Source: Octopus vulgaris (taxonomy: Eukaryota). From it: 64,000 nucleotides of DNA. Positions within the stretch are counted from its first letter, which is position 1; every line of letters starts with the position of its first letter. The stretch spans positions 75,826,001-75,890,000 of the forward strand of contig OX597825.1 of assembly GCA_951406725.2 (NCBI GenBank), read 5' to 3'. The notes beneath the pieces are model-generated. The model was given only the letters and a program-made list of their open reading frames with translations. It was not told the origin of the DNA and searched no databases. Below, piece after piece: positions 24,861-38,357 of the stretch. The translations under genes and the position numbers were made by a program.

Positions 24861-25190
24861 CATCATCATCATCGTTGTTTAACGTCCATTTTCCACGCTG
24901 GCATGGGTTGGATGGTTTGACTGAGGGCTGGCAGACCAGAAGGCTGCACCAGGCTCCAATCTGATCTGGCAGAGTTTCTACAGCTGGATACCCTTCCTAA
25001 CGCCAACCACTCCGAGAGTATAGTGGGTGCTTTTTATGTGCCACTGGCACGAGGGCCAGTCAGGTAGTATTGGCGTTGACATGCTTGAATGGTGCTTTTT
25101 ATGTGCCACCGGCACAGAACCAGTCTGCTGGCACTGGCATTGACCACGCTTGAATGGTGCTTTTTACATGTCACTGGCACTCTGTATATA
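24861..25190 (-). mobile_element. RTE 3'-UTR/tail element
   Basis: (CAT)n tail, conserved core, three GGTGCTTTT..TG(C/T)CAC modules. Confidence 0.88.
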
Positions 25191-25333
25191 ACACTACAGA
25201 CCAGTTTGGATTTGAACTCCATGACAAATGCCATGCTTATGCAGCTGACTTTTCAAAGGCAAACCACAATCTTCTCTCTGATACCAACTATTTAGCTGAG
25301 CTTTACAGGTTTTTAAGTTGGGTCTTCTGAAAT

Positions 25334-25589
25334 CATCATCATCATCATCATTATTGTTTAACGTCCGTTCTCGATGCTAGCATGTGTTGGACGGTTCGAC
25401 CGGGGATCTGGGAAGCCAGAAGGCTGCACCAGGCTCCAGTCTTATCTGGCAATGTTTCTACAGCTGGATGCCCTTCCTAACGCCAACCATTCCGTGAGTG
25501 TAGTGGGTGCTTTTCATGTGCCACCTGCACAGGTGCCAGGCGAGGCTGGCAACGGCCACGGTCGGATTGGTGCATTTTACGTGCCACCG
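25334..25589 (-). mobile_element. RTE 3'-UTR/tail element, young
   Basis: (CAT)n tail, conserved core, two modules. Confidence 0.9.
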
Positions 25590-26324
25590 AAATTTTAAAA
25601 GAAATAACATTATATTGTGAGGCCATTTTTAGTGTTAATTGTTATCAACAAACAGCATGAGATTATCTCTCTGTAAGGTTGTTGCTATCACTTCAAAAAG
25701 TTAATCAACCACTTTTCCATTACCTCATACATGATTACCTGCACCAAGCAGTGACTAAACCACTTAAATAGCACAACTGACCATTTACTTTCAGATAAAC
25801 CAATCAATGTTCTGTTGTTTTGTCTCCTCTCACCAGTCACTACATTCAGTCTCTATGGAGTTCCTTTACTCACCTGCACATATATTATCTTTATTTATCT
25901 TTTGCTTGTTTCAGTTATCAAACTGGCCATTTTGGGGCACCACCTCCAAGAGTTTTAACCAAACAGCTCTTAGTGTTTATTCTATTGGTCTTTTTTGATG
26001 AAATACTATGTTACTGGAGTGTAAACAAACAAACACTCGTTGTCAAGCAGTGGTGAGGGAGAAACATTACACACATACACACACTATCATCATCATTTTC
26101 ATCTCCACTTCTCTCTGCTTGCTTGAGTCAGATGGAGTAAGGCGGTTTTTCTACTACTGGATCCCTTCCTATAACCAACCTTCCCCTTTTGCCAAATAAG
26201 GTAATATTTCTCTTTGGCCAGACATGCACACGTAATATTAGAAATGGATAACACTACTTGTATGACTTAGACACTCATTTACAACTATCATGTGATGTCA
26301 AGACAGGGAGATACACATGTATAT

Positions 26325-26690
26325 ATATGGTGCTTTTTACACGTCACTGGCACAGATGCCAGATATGCGACACTGGCGTTGGCCATAACTATGATATCAC
26401 TTGGCTTGCTGGTTCCTTTCATGCACAGCATGTTGCCCAATGTTTGAAAGGTGCCTTTCATGTGCCACTGACATGACACTGCCATCGGTCATGACTGCAA
26501 TTTCACTTGGTTTGATGGGTCTTCTAAGCATGGGATATTGCCATAGCTCTTGGTCACTTGTCATTGCTTCCATGAAGCCCAATGTCCGAGATCATGCTTT
26601 ATCACCTCGTCCCATGTCTTCCTAAGTCTACCTCTTCCACAAGATCCCTTCACAGTTAGAGATTTGTACTTCACACAGGTCATGCCACCA
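26325..26690 (-). mobile_element. RTE LINE fragment (ORF C-terminus and start of 3' UTR)
   Basis: Minus strand KSLTVKGSCGRGRLRKTWDEVIKHDL, homologous to the 45261-45584 ORF. Confidence 0.8.
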
Positions 26691-26715
26691 TGGAAAATGG
26701 ATATATGATGATGAA

Positions 26716-26763
<48 letters not shown>

Positions 26764-26765
<2 letters not shown>

Positions 26766-26898
26766 GCATCCAGCTGTAGAAACATTGCCAGATAAGACTG
26801 GAGCCTGGTGCAGCCTTCTGGCTTCCCAGAACCCCGGTCGAACCGTCCAACCCATGCTAGCATGGAGAACGGACGTTAAACGATGATGATGATGATGA
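26764..26898 (+). mobile_element. 5'-truncated RTE tail inserted in a (TA)n tract
   Basis: Near-identical inverted copy of 25341-25473; ends in (GAT)n. Confidence 0.9.
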
Positions 26899-26911
26899 TA
26901 TACACACACAC

Positions 26912-27065
26912 ACATGGTGTGATGGATGAATTGTCGTCTAAATTATGCAACAATGAAAATAACTCTGACATCTCATTTTAACAGATATATTTACCAAAAT
27001 TACATAAAATTATCTTGGAAAACTAAAGAGTAAATCTATTCAATAAAATTGCCATTGGCTTCAAC
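26912..27065 (-). mobile_element. Terminal fragment of the maT element
   Basis: Colinear with 35642-35795. Confidence 0.8.
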
Positions 27066-27195
27066 CTGCGTGAGCTTCATGGAGCTTTAGGTGTTTTTGC
27101 TCAATACACACTCACAACACCCAGTCTCGGAATCGAAACCACGATCCTGCAACCGCGAGTCCGCTGCCTTAACCACTGGGCCATTGCGCCTCCAC
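27065..27195 (-). mobile_element. tRNA-derived SINE head (family C-like)
   Basis: Minus strand TGGCCCAGTGGTTAAGG (box A) and GGTTTCGATTCC (box B); no tRNA acceptor stem. Confidence 0.7.
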
Positions 27196-28099
27196 ACACA
27201 TGTATATATGATGGGTTTCTTTCTGGTCTTCTTTCAATTTCTGTTTACTACATTCACTTACATGATTTTGGTCTAGAAGACACTTGCCCAAGGGGCTAGA
27301 CAGTGAGACTTTACCTAAGATTCCATGGTTGGGAAGCAGACATTGTAGTGGTGTTGATTCCTTTCTTATCATGTTTTCTCTCTCTATCTCATCTGTTATA
27401 CTTCAACTGTTGCAGTGATTTTTTTTATTATTTTATTTTTCATTTGATGATAGTTGTCCTAATAAATTTCTTTTATTTTTACTTTTTCCAAGCTGGTATA
27501 GGTTGGTCAAGACTTCTTGAGACAGTATTCTGTAGGCAAGATGCCCTTCCAATGTCAGTCCTTGTTTTCAAGTAAGGTCTTGTAATCCATGCCTTCATAT
27601 ATTTGAACTACTGCTGGACATTTATATTTATGAGTGACATAAACAACCACTGCCAAAGGACCCCCTAATCTTCCTCCTCATCATCACCATTTAATGTCCA
27701 CTTTCATGCTAGTATGCATTGCTGAATAGTTTGACAGGATCTGGCAAGGTACAGAGCTGTGTTGAATCCCAATATCAGCTTTGACATAATGTTTATGGCT
27801 GGATGCCCTTCCTACTGATAACTGGCACTAGTGAGGTTGCCAAGTAACTTGCAAGACAAGAAAAGAACAAAAAGGAAAAAAACCTCCTTGACTAAATGGT
27901 GTGTGTGCGAGTGTATGTGTTAGTATTTGAGAGAGGAGGAGGGACAATGGTTCTATGCCAGGTGTTGAGAAGCTAAAGTATTGTGAAGAGATGAGCCCAG
28001 ATATTTTGCTGTGGAGAAGATACAAAGCTACTGTCTTGCTTTAGAGGAGATACAAGGCTACTTTGAATTCTAGTTTTTTTTTTAGCTTTTGGAATTTCT

Positions 28100-29174
28100 T
28101 CTTTGGCACAAGTTTTAAACATAAAGCAATTTATTTAATCACTGATATAATTGATGTTTCATTTCAGTGTCTTCTGTCATCTTGTGGGCAGATCCATTAT
28201 TCCCAGCTCAAAGAATTTCTTGTCTTTATTGGTGATGAACTCTTCCAGGTGAAGTTTTATATCCTTCTCTGAGCTGAAGGTCAGTTCATTCAATGAATTT
28301 CGAAGAGAGGCTGGGTGACTATGGAAGGTGAGGCAAAACTTCCTAGCCAATCCCCAGTAACAATGCCCTTTATGATAGGCAAACTCTTGAGGCTTGTGGT
28401 GGATTGTTGCATTTAATTTGCCCAGCTGGGCACAGTTCATATCCAAATTGATGGTCCTGTTCATAGGAAGATTCTTATGCAAGACAATACCCTTCCAATC
28501 CCATCAAATTGAAAATATAACCTTCTTTGGGTGAAGTCTTGCTTTGTAGGTTGTTTATGGTAGTTCACCATGATCGTTTGCTATTCACATTGTTATAGAC
28601 AATACATTTTTCATTACCTTTTACCATACTCTTCAAAAAAGGATTTTTTTCACACATTTGCAACAAATCATGCGTTGGGTCTTGTTCTCCTCATTCAGTT
28701 GATGTGGGACCCAAATATCAAGCTTGCTGACAAAACCAAGTTGATGCAGATAGTTTTCAGCACTTGATTTGGATATTTGGAGAATATCTGGCAATCATCC
28801 TGGTTGTATAACAGGGTGTGGTGTCAAATAATTCCTTCACTAGGTTGCTGTTAATCTCAGTTGGCTGGTGAGAGCAAAGTGCATCTTGAACAGAAAAATT
28901 TCCCAATTGAAATCTTGAACAATCACTTACAGCACACATTCTGTACAGAGAGGACACTGTACAAGATATATATCTTCCTGCAGTTTTCCATTGCTCTCTT
29001 GCCGTTTTTAAAATTAAAAAAAAAATATTTTGACATGTTACTGTTTTTGGTTTTCCATTTCCAAGGTGATTATAAGTACAAGCCAGTTTTGCCGCAAGGT
29101 TTCCTGGATCTATGTTAGTGTATCAAGTATCTGAATATGGATATAAGTAAACAAATCTTTTGGCCAACCCAATA
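28100..29174 (-). mobile_element. Decayed mariner transposon
   Basis: Terminal TATTGGGTTGGCCAAAAG; transposase remnants FQLGNFSVQDA..QP, SKLDIWVPHQL (WVPHEL motif), LHPKKV..WDWKG, RNSLN..FFELGIMDLPTR; other terminus not recognisable. Confidence 0.88.
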
Positions 29175-29289
29175 TATTTGCATATATAACTGAAAATGAG
29201 CTCTTATATATATATTGTTATACATTTACATATATTGTGAATATATTGTAAAATATATATATTTTCCCAACTAATTTTTAGCATGTATA

Positions 29290-29730
29290 TATTGTAAAAA
29301 GAAAAAAGAATGATGCATGGTATAAGAGAGTAAAAGAGTGAATAGGGAGAGAAGATTAATGATGTTGGCAGAGTAGATTTGTGTGTATGTGAAAGGGAAG
29401 TAAGGATGGTTAGAAATGGGGATGGAGGTGAATGGTGAAAGTGGGCTGAGGGGTGGTCAGTGGTAAATCTTAGTTTGTTAAGTAAAGGGAAGTAGGAGAG
29501 GGTTAGGAGGAGGTGATAAGTGGCAGTACATGAAAAAGGGTTGGAGAATGGTGGGAGGGTGGGAGTGTAATAAAACAAAATATAGATGAGAAATAGGGTA
29601 GAGATGTGAAGAAGGATACACAGTGACAAATGGAGGTCAGAGGTAAGCAGGGGTGGGGAGTGGATATCGCAAGTGACAAATGGTGGTTAGTGCATTAATA
29701 GCAGAGTGTTTAAGAGAAAAGGAGTATTCT
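29290..29730 (+). repeat. Purine-rich (G/A) low-complexity tract
   Basis: Direct reading; the antisense ORF 29204-29629 is a compositional artefact. Confidence 0.7.
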
Positions 29731-30274
29731 ATGGAAAATGGTTCTGATCTACATCATCAAAACATATGAGGAAACAAAGTCAAGATGGGTGAAATATCTA
29801 CTTCCCTCCCTAATTTTTTTTCACATTAAATTCTGATGCAGTCATAATCTACACAATCTGAAAAGTATTTGTTGCAAAAACTTCTTAGGGAATAGCCATT
29901 TTTCAGAAAGTTATGAGGAAACAAAGACAGATGAAGGACACATTTTAGTAATTATGCTCTAAATTTATTTACTGAGCAAGTAAGTAGTATTAGATGAATA
30001 AAGGATGCAAAGGAAGATTTATATCTAACATAAAATTGGGTATTAAATGTGTAAAAATTTAGTGACTAACAAAAACCACTAGAAGGGCTGTCTTGTTGTT
30101 TGTGTATGTGTACACATACACATGATGGGCTTTGGTTATCCTGGGGCACAAGTAGGAGACATTTGCTCAAGATACTGCACAGTGTGACTGAACCTAAGAC
30201 CACATCTTTGGGAAGCAAGCTTCTTAACCACATAGCTATGTCTAAGTACTACTCAGGGAAATTTTCCCAACTAA

Positions 30275-30485
30275 TTTTTAGCTTTCAAACCAGCCATATC
30301 TGGTCAAAAGATTCTACCTGTTTTATGTCCAATCTAGCTAGATCAGGTCTCTCACACCTACCTACAATATCATTCTAAAAAGAAACAATCACATCATTGA
30401 GGCCTCAAAGATAATGTTTAATTAATTCAAAACAATATGAATAAACAAGGATTACATTTGATAAAGGTAGCTGAATGCTAAAGGG
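30275..30485 (+). mobile_element. TTAA-flanked MITE family 1
   Basis: Ends AATGCTAAAGGG-TTAA; body matches 47961-48182. Confidence 0.85.
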
Positions 30486-31759
30486 TTAATTATTCTTTCC
30501 ACATATTTTACAAACTTCAATATTCACCATTTTATTTTCTTATTTGAACCAGTCTTCCATCTCCTTACACTATAGAATTGGGTTGGTTTTGATGTATAAA
30601 CTAAAAGTATTGATTTCTACAGCTGTACCTGAGGGATCTCCAGCTTCCAGCATTCAGTTTCCTAATTCTCTTTATGTCAATATAAGTTGTATGATAGGTC
30701 CTTGCTTCATTTAGGTCAATACCAAGAGTCTCTCCTTATTTATCAGTCTCTTATGTTAACACTTGTATATGGCCTTTCTAATATCTCCTTCTTCCTTTTC
30801 AGTACCAAAATGCCCCAGTCATTCCGTGCACAGTCTTATTTAATCACATCCCGCCTTTCACATTACTAAACAGCGTGTTTTTAGAGTTTTTCTTTTTTTT
30901 TTTAATTCAATAATTTTCAAACACTGTACCTCTTGCCTTATATGTGTGTGTGTATATATATACACACACACACACACACACATATATATATGATGATGAT
31001 GATATATATATATATATATATATAAACTGTGCATATACATGTGTGTGTGTGGTGTTGCCTTTAGCAACCAAATATATGTTTCTCCTGCTTCCTTTTTCCA
31101 GATTTATGTCTGTCTTTCTATTTAGTCAGTCTTGGAAACCTGCCTTCAAAATGCCATAACCATGTGTTCAATATATTATTGGCAGTCCTGCTATATTCAG
31201 TGTTTCATGTAAGGGTATTTTCTCACTGCTGATTTGCTTCATACGTCCTGATCAACATCATTGGTTTAAACATCCACTTTTTCATGCTTGTATAGTGATG
31301 GCATTCATTTATCATTAGTGCGTGGTATCAAAACATGAAGACACACAGACAAATATCAGTGTCCATATTAAGAAGGTTGCTTCCCAATCACATGAGTTTG
31401 GGTTCAGTCCCACTGCATGACATGTATCCCCTATTATTGTTCTCAATCAATCAAAGCATTGTGAATAGATTCTAAAGTCCCAAAGACTGTGTTGTATTTC
31501 AGTATTTTTTTTATATGGTTTCTTATGGTTGGATGCCCTTCTTAATGCTAATCACCTTACAGTGCACTGGATGATTTTCTTTTCCTTTTGTTCCGCTAGC
31601 ACTGGTGAAGCCATCATTCAGTTAGTTTATGAGGCTATGAATGAGAGGTAGGGACAACCTTATTCTAGGGGGTAAAATGTAGGTAAATGTATGAGAGAAG
31701 GGGTCAGTGTAGAAAAGGTTGCTTGCTGCAGAGGAGCTACATGGTTATCATTTACAAGA

Positions 31760-32179
31760 TATTAAGGTGGCAAATGGCAGATTCGTTACTGCGCCGGGCG
31801 AAATGCTTAACGGTACTTCGTCTGCTGCTACGTTCTGAGTTCAAATTCCGCCGGGGTCGACTTTGCCTTTCATCCTTTCGGGGTCGATTAAATAAGTACC
31901 AGTTATGCACTGGAGTCGATATAATCGACTTAATCCGTTTGTCTGTCCTTGTTTGTCCTGTCTGTGTTTAGCCCCTTGTGGGTAGTAAAGAAATAGGTAC
32001 TTCGTCTGCCGCTACGTTCTGAGTTCAAATTCCGCCGGGGTCGACTTTGCCTTTCATCCTTTCGGGGTCGATTAAATAAGTACCAGTTACGCACTGGGGT
32101 CGATATAATCGACTTAATCTGTTTTTCTGTCCTTGTTTGTTCTCTCTGTGCTTAGCCCCTTGTGGGTAGTAAAGAAATA
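31760..32179 (+). mobile_element. Young tRNA-derived SINE family B (Meta-domain-like), internally dimerised
   Basis: Box B GAGTTCAAATTCC, central GACTTTGCCTTTCATCCTTTCGGGGTCGATTAAATAAGTACC; ~184-bp body repeated twice; 17-bp TSD GGTTATCATTTACAAGA (31743-31759, 32180-32196). Confidence 0.92.
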
Positions 32180-33799
32180 GGTTATCATTTACAAGACTTT
32201 GGTTGACCTGGTGCTATACTAGAAAATACTTGTCCAATGACATGGTTGTGAAACAAACTCCTAAATCACGCAGCCATGCCTTGGCACACATACTTGTGTA
32301 TGTGTTTGTAATCTCACAGTTGAACATAACTTTCTAACTTTTACATTGAACAACTCCGATAAATTAGATCCCAAAAGATGACCTCCCCAGCTGTAGCACT
32401 ACCACCAAATCTGCAACAAAAGAAACAAATTGGTTTTGTGTCTCAGTATTATCTAGGAAGTAATCATTATAGAATTATTTCTTGTGGATGAAATGTTACA
32501 AGAAGCTGATAATATTCTTTCGTGAAATGAAATATTTGTTTTAAAGTTAAATAGTTGACATTTCAAAAATTCAATAATATTGAAGGTTTATTCTAAATTT
32601 AATGAAATTCTGAAATTCTTTTAAATGTTACATAATCAAAATGCCATAAATTCCCTGTAATTTTATTCAGTCATACTATATAATTGTGTGTGTGTGTATA
32701 TATATATATATATAATCTTGATGCATCATCTTATGAATTAAACAAAAAGCTACTATATGTATGACTTATTCAGTATTGTGCAAATAATTTGTGTATCTAA
32801 CTGACAAAAATGAATGAGTTGTAACAATGGCTTTCTCTTTCCCCCTCAACTTTTCTTTTTCTCAGAAAATATTGTCTTGGAAACTAATATTGTATTATTA
32901 CTTTCTTTGAAATTAAAAAAGAGAACTGAATAGAAACCATGTTTGAATAAGCTTGTAACTGTTTATGCAATTTTGATTTCATTAAAAAGGGTCTGTTTTT
33001 GTTTATGTGAATTATAATTCCATCATACTCATTAGGTATACCTACTATTAAGTAAACTGTTTCATTGGGATTGATTTATTAACAGGCCCAAGCATGACTG
33101 TTTTATTCAGAAGTTTGCTTCTCAACCATATAGTTTCAGGTTCAGTCTCACAGTGTGGCACCTTCTGCAATTGTCTTCAACTGTAACTCTGGGCCTACCA
33201 AAGCCTTGTGAGTGGATCTGGTTGCTGGAGACTGAAAGGAGACCATCATAATGTATACATTCAGATGTAAGTGTAAGTGTATGAATGTTGGTGTCTCCTT
33301 AACTTGATATTGCATGTTTGTTGAAAATGTGTGTCACTGTTGTACAAGCAGTATCATTCATTTTCAGTCTTCTGCACAAACATGTTCAGCCACGGAGAAA
33401 TGTTATTACCTTGTTTGGAAATAAGTGCGTGTTGGTAGTGGGAAGGGCACATGACCATAGAGAATCTGCCCCAATAAATTCAGTCTGACCCATGGAAAAG
33501 CAGATGTGAATATGATGATTAATTTGATAATGAAAAAAAAAAAAAATGAAAATAAGCACGCGAGAAGGAATTAGCAGTAACTATTTTTCTGTGTAAGTTG
33601 GTGGATTCAGGTAGTGTAAAATGATGAAACACTTGGTCCATTCTCTAGATTCCTGTTTTACTTTTCAAGGAATTATCTCAACTTGATTTCAGAGTTTCTG
33701 ATTTCAATATTTTCCTAGCTAATTATAATGACTTATTACATTTGATAACGATCACTTCACATATTCTCCCCATAATGTCCACACTGATCACAGTATTGA

Positions 33800-34620
33800 T
33801 CTATATGCACAACCTAGGCACCTCCTGCCAAATCTGTATTGTCTTTGTGGAAAGAGATTCCAAAAAACATCCTGAAACAGAAACCTGTCAATGTGGTCTT
33901 CTTCATTCATACAAGCACACAATAGTTTCAGCATCAAGAAGGTGCTTTATTATCCCTTATCATTTAAATATCAGGAAAAGAAAAACAAAAACAAAAAAAT
34001 ACATGCTACTTGAATCCTATGGGTCACTACAAGTGCTAGGCCTTACTTGAGCTAAAGTAAATACACAACCTCAACAAAGCCAAAACTGTATTGCAGAGAC
34101 TGGACCTTCCACTTCATAAACAAAATATACCTCTGTTTCCAGTAATTATTAACTTTCTCAAATACTCAGGTGACATCCATGCAGAGTACTGTGCCTGTAT
34201 CCAAGACACAGCTGCTGTTATGTATAAAGTGTGTGTGCGCACACAGTCATAATGTATATACACTATTCTTAGACCAGTTATTGTAGTAATTGTCCTGAGA
34301 TGACATCTTATGGACATACTGTGTAAAGAAACAATAAATATTGGAAGGAGACGAAAATCTGCCCAGCAGCAGGCAGTGATAATACCAGTCAGCCAGGTGG
34401 TTATTCTCCACACCAACAATTCTTTTATGAACTGTTCTTAATATCAGTTGGTGACAAATTGTTGTCCAGGTTATGAGTGCACATCATTCATTGAAAAGGC
34501 CCAAAAAAGGCTGAAATGCATCTGGGTTTCTTGCTTGTTGCTGATGGGAGTCTCTTATGGACATGCTTGTTTTTGACACAGCATGTCCACTAGAGGTGTT
34601 CTCTCTGGACAAATACTGCT
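33800..34620 (+). mobile_element. Possible very old LINE RT relic
   Basis: Faint, correctly ordered similarity to the PESQCGFR, GxxQG..LSP..FNI and KYLG motifs; heavily degraded. Confidence 0.35.
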
Positions 34621-35641
34621 GCAGCTGGCCTATCAACAGTGTATATTCAATAAATGTGATACATAAATGGTAATTTTACAATTAGTACTGGATATGCGTG
34701 TGTATGTATGTATACATACATGCATACATGCATGCATGCATGTGTGTATGTATGTATACATGCATGCATGCATGTATACATGCATGCATACATACGCACA
34801 CAGACAGACAGCCTATACATCATCTACAGAAAAGGGCACACATCTCATTAACATGACATCACTCACAAAGGTAGTGCAACCTCAGTTCTGCTAAAGTGCT
34901 GTGTCCTCTCTCTGCCCTCTCAACAGTGGCCTTTGCTCTTCACTTCTGGTTGATCTTGTGCCATCTCCATTCAGGCATCCTCATCTCATTTACCTCCTCT
35001 CATCACCCGTCTTGTATTCACTCCACCCTCATCAGAGTTAAATCATATATTGGGTCCCATGTCAAGCGTCAGCTTTCTTGAATTTTCACTCTGCACATGC
35101 CCATCTTGCATCTGACTTAATGTTCAAGTGGAGCATAGTGTTGATCTCAGATCTGAGAGAGCCTGCAAAAGCCATGGGCACAACCTCTTCACCAGACCAG
35201 ACCAAGGCTTTCAACAGTATATATGCTTTAAGTATGCTATACAGATTGCTAATTTGAACTAATACTCTTTCTATTGCTAATCATGTTTTTATTCTGTTTG
35301 CATGCTAAGTGAAAATTAGCTACTACCTGATACAGTTCAACAGTAACTAAATGGTCACTGATGTTACATATAGCATGCAATGCCAGTGGATAATTGCAAC
35401 TGATGAAGCTCAAAAATAGCAGAAATCCAGATTTAGCAATACCGTTGTCACTACTGGGTGCTTTTCACCAGCTGCTGATGTATGAGTTTTTTAACACTAT
35501 TTGTCCATGAGATGTTTTCTCAAGACAAGTGCCATGGCTTAGAAGGCTTTTAACAGCATATATGTTTTTAAGTATGGCGTACAGGTTACTAAAATAGGTA
35601 ACTACTTTGTTTGAAGCTGGTATTTACTTTCTCAACATATA

Positions 35642-36486
35642 CAGGGTGTGGTGAATAAACTGTCGTCTAAATTATGCAAAAATGAAAATAAAACTGATAT
35701 CTCATTTTAACAGATATATTTACCAAAATTACATAAAAATATCTTGAAATACTAAAGAGTAAGTTTATTCAATAAAATCGCCATTGGTTTCAACTGCTGC
35801 CTCCAGACGACTTTGGAATCTCCTGCAACTCTTCTGGATGGTCTCCTTGTTTAAGTTAGTGAATAATGCCATAATCTTTGCCTTCAGTTCATCTTTGGTG
35901 TTACAAGGAGTTTTGTTGGTCTCTCACTCAACTGCATTACACACATAATAACCAAGGGGGTTGCAGTCTGAGGAGTTAGGTGGCTAGTTGTTAGGAGTGG
36001 TGTGGTTGCAGAAATTGCCTGACCGCCATGACTGGGTTCTCCTGCTTGTATGGCCTGGTGCAGAATCCTGTTGCCAGATAGGGTCTAACAGCAGCCACCC
36101 TCTTGCTCCAGGGCAGCACTACCTCCTCCAGGCACTTGATGTAGACCTCTGTGTTGAGTGTGAGGCCGTGTTGGAAGATTTTATGGATGCATAATGTTGC
36201 CATCACTAGTGATCACTCCAAGCACCATGATGTTGACTGGATGTTGAGTTTTTATCACTCTTTGTACATGTCTGCAGATTGACACTGAAACACTCTGAAA
36301 TGTTGGTGCTGGTGCTTTTAGTGCAAATGCCAAGCAGTACAGCATTTCGTTTCCAAATTGGTGCTGGTTTTCTCACAGATGGTGCCCAACTGACCCTACA
36401 ATACTGTGTAGTCAACAAAATCAAAAACAATGTGAATGAGCAAAATTAAAAATATAAAATGGTGACAATTTACCCATCTCCTCCTG
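35642..36486 (-). mobile_element. Internally deleted Tc1/mariner element of the maT (DD37D) family
   Basis: TA TSD; imperfect ~25-bp TIRs CAGGGTGTGGTGAATAAACTGTCG / rc CAGGAGGAGATGGGTAAATTGTCA; WQQDSAPGH then N*PPNSSDCNPL(G)YY with 37 residues between the 2nd D and the 3rd catalytic position. Confidence 0.9.
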
Positions 36487-37213
36487 TATATGAATGCTCT
36501 TTATCCTTTAAATTTAAATAAAGAGAAATCATTAACATGACATTTATCTCCAGTCAGTCCAAATGTTTCCATCTTTAATGCATGTCTGTTTGTCACAGTA
36601 ATTTATATTTAGATTTCCTATATATGAATCATGTCTTCTTTTTTCCAGGATATGAGTTCTCTCTAAATATTGAGTATCTTTAGTAATTCCTTGTCAATAT
36701 TCATGACTAATTGATTTTGTTTGTGAAAATAGATCTTTCTAGAAAATAGGAAATCAGGATGGTCATCTGTATAATGGGACTTTCAGTTGTTGTTTAAGCC
36801 AATCCTGGTCTAAGAGACTTATGGTTACAGGTACTCCAGACTATCCCATTTTTAATTAATCATAGTCTATCTCATATTTCAGTATTGTGTTTTTATTAAA
36901 AGAAACCAGGATTTTGAGGAAGATTTGGCTGCTATTTTTAGCAGGTTGTGTTGTCAACTATTTTACTACATCTGTGGGAAATTCTGTCTGTGGGTGTGTT
37001 TGTTAGCTGACTCCTCCTACATCGTTTTATCAATTTTGATAAAACTTTGCATGTGAGTAGAACTTGTGTCTGGAAACAAGTGAAGGGATCCTTATATATG
37101 ACTAATATATTTTATTTTAACAGCCAAGGAAAATAACCCATTCATTTACCTATATTATTTGGTATAAATCAAATTGAGTATGCTTATTTCTTAGTATTTG
37201 AACTGTTAGTTAT

Positions 37214-38357
37214 TGCTGCACATCTCATGTGTCCATAGCTTACACTCGGTACATCTTATGGGGTTTCTACCTACACCTTTTCTACAGATCGAGCAAGGCC
37301 ATCTACCTGAAGGGATTTGTAGTTTGTCTGCCTTTTGATAGTGACTCAGCTATTAGAGCAAGGTCATTAGCTTAGAGAAGCTCCCACGGGCATCCTGTCT
37401 TAAATTCCTCTGTTATTTCCTGGAGGACTATGATGAATAAGAAGGAGCTGAGGACTGATCCTTAGTGGACCCTTACCCCTACCTGGAATTCTTCACTGTA
37501 TTCCGTTGCCAACCCTCACCTTACTGACAGCATCCCTGTACATGGCTTGTACAGTTCTAACTAACCATTCATATATCCCTAGTTTCCTCATTGCCCACCA
37601 GATAAGGGATCGGGGGACCCTGTCAAAGGCTTTCTCCATGCCAATGAAAGCCAGGTACAGAGGTTTATATTTGGCTAGGTATTTCTCCTGCAACTGTCTT
37701 ACCAGAAATATAGCATCAGTGATGCTTTTCCCTAGCACAAACACAAACTGCATCTCATCTAGACTAACTCTCTCCCTAATTAGTTGGGCTATGATCCCCT
37801 CTGTGACTTTCATTACCTGATCCAGCAATTTGATACCTCTCTAATTATTTGTATCTCATGCATCACCTTTACCTTTGTAGCAGTTGACTATGGTGCTGCT
37901 ATACCAGTCATTAGGTATGACTCCTTCATGTATCACTTGGTTGACTATATGGGTGACTAGACTATAGCCGATACCACCAGATATTTAAGCATCTCTATTG
38001 TGATTCCTGATGGGCCGGGAGCTTTCCCTGTCTTCATATCCTTAATTGCTTTATCTATCAAGGTACTGTCAGTTCAGATAGCTAGACCCTCTGTTGGGTC
38101 AACATTCAGCAGACTCTCTTTCTCCCATTCATTCTCTTCATTTAGTAACTTTTCATAGTGGCGTCTCCAAATCTCTCTCATTGCAGCCTCATTAATTGCA
38201 ATTGAACCATCATCCATGCAGACACATTTCTCTCCCATGACATCACAATTCTCTCTCACGCACTGTCTTGCAACACAAAATACCTCTAGGCCCTCACAAC
38301 ACAGAACATTAGCAAATTTTTTTCTAATCTGCTTCCCCTCTGGCTAAATAAACCTGA
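37214..38357 (-). mobile_element. RTE LINE fragment (RT with start of PHD insert)
   Basis: ORF 37493-37828 has QF.F..GKSITDAIFLVRQLQEKY..AFIGMEKAFDRVPR; PWELL*ANDL; GRWPCSICRKGVGRNPIRCTECKLWTHEMC. Confidence 0.93.

Noticed and set aside
27110-27195. Possible tRNA gene on the minus strand
   Set aside because: Has box A/B but no acceptor-stem pairing and runs into SINE body sequence.
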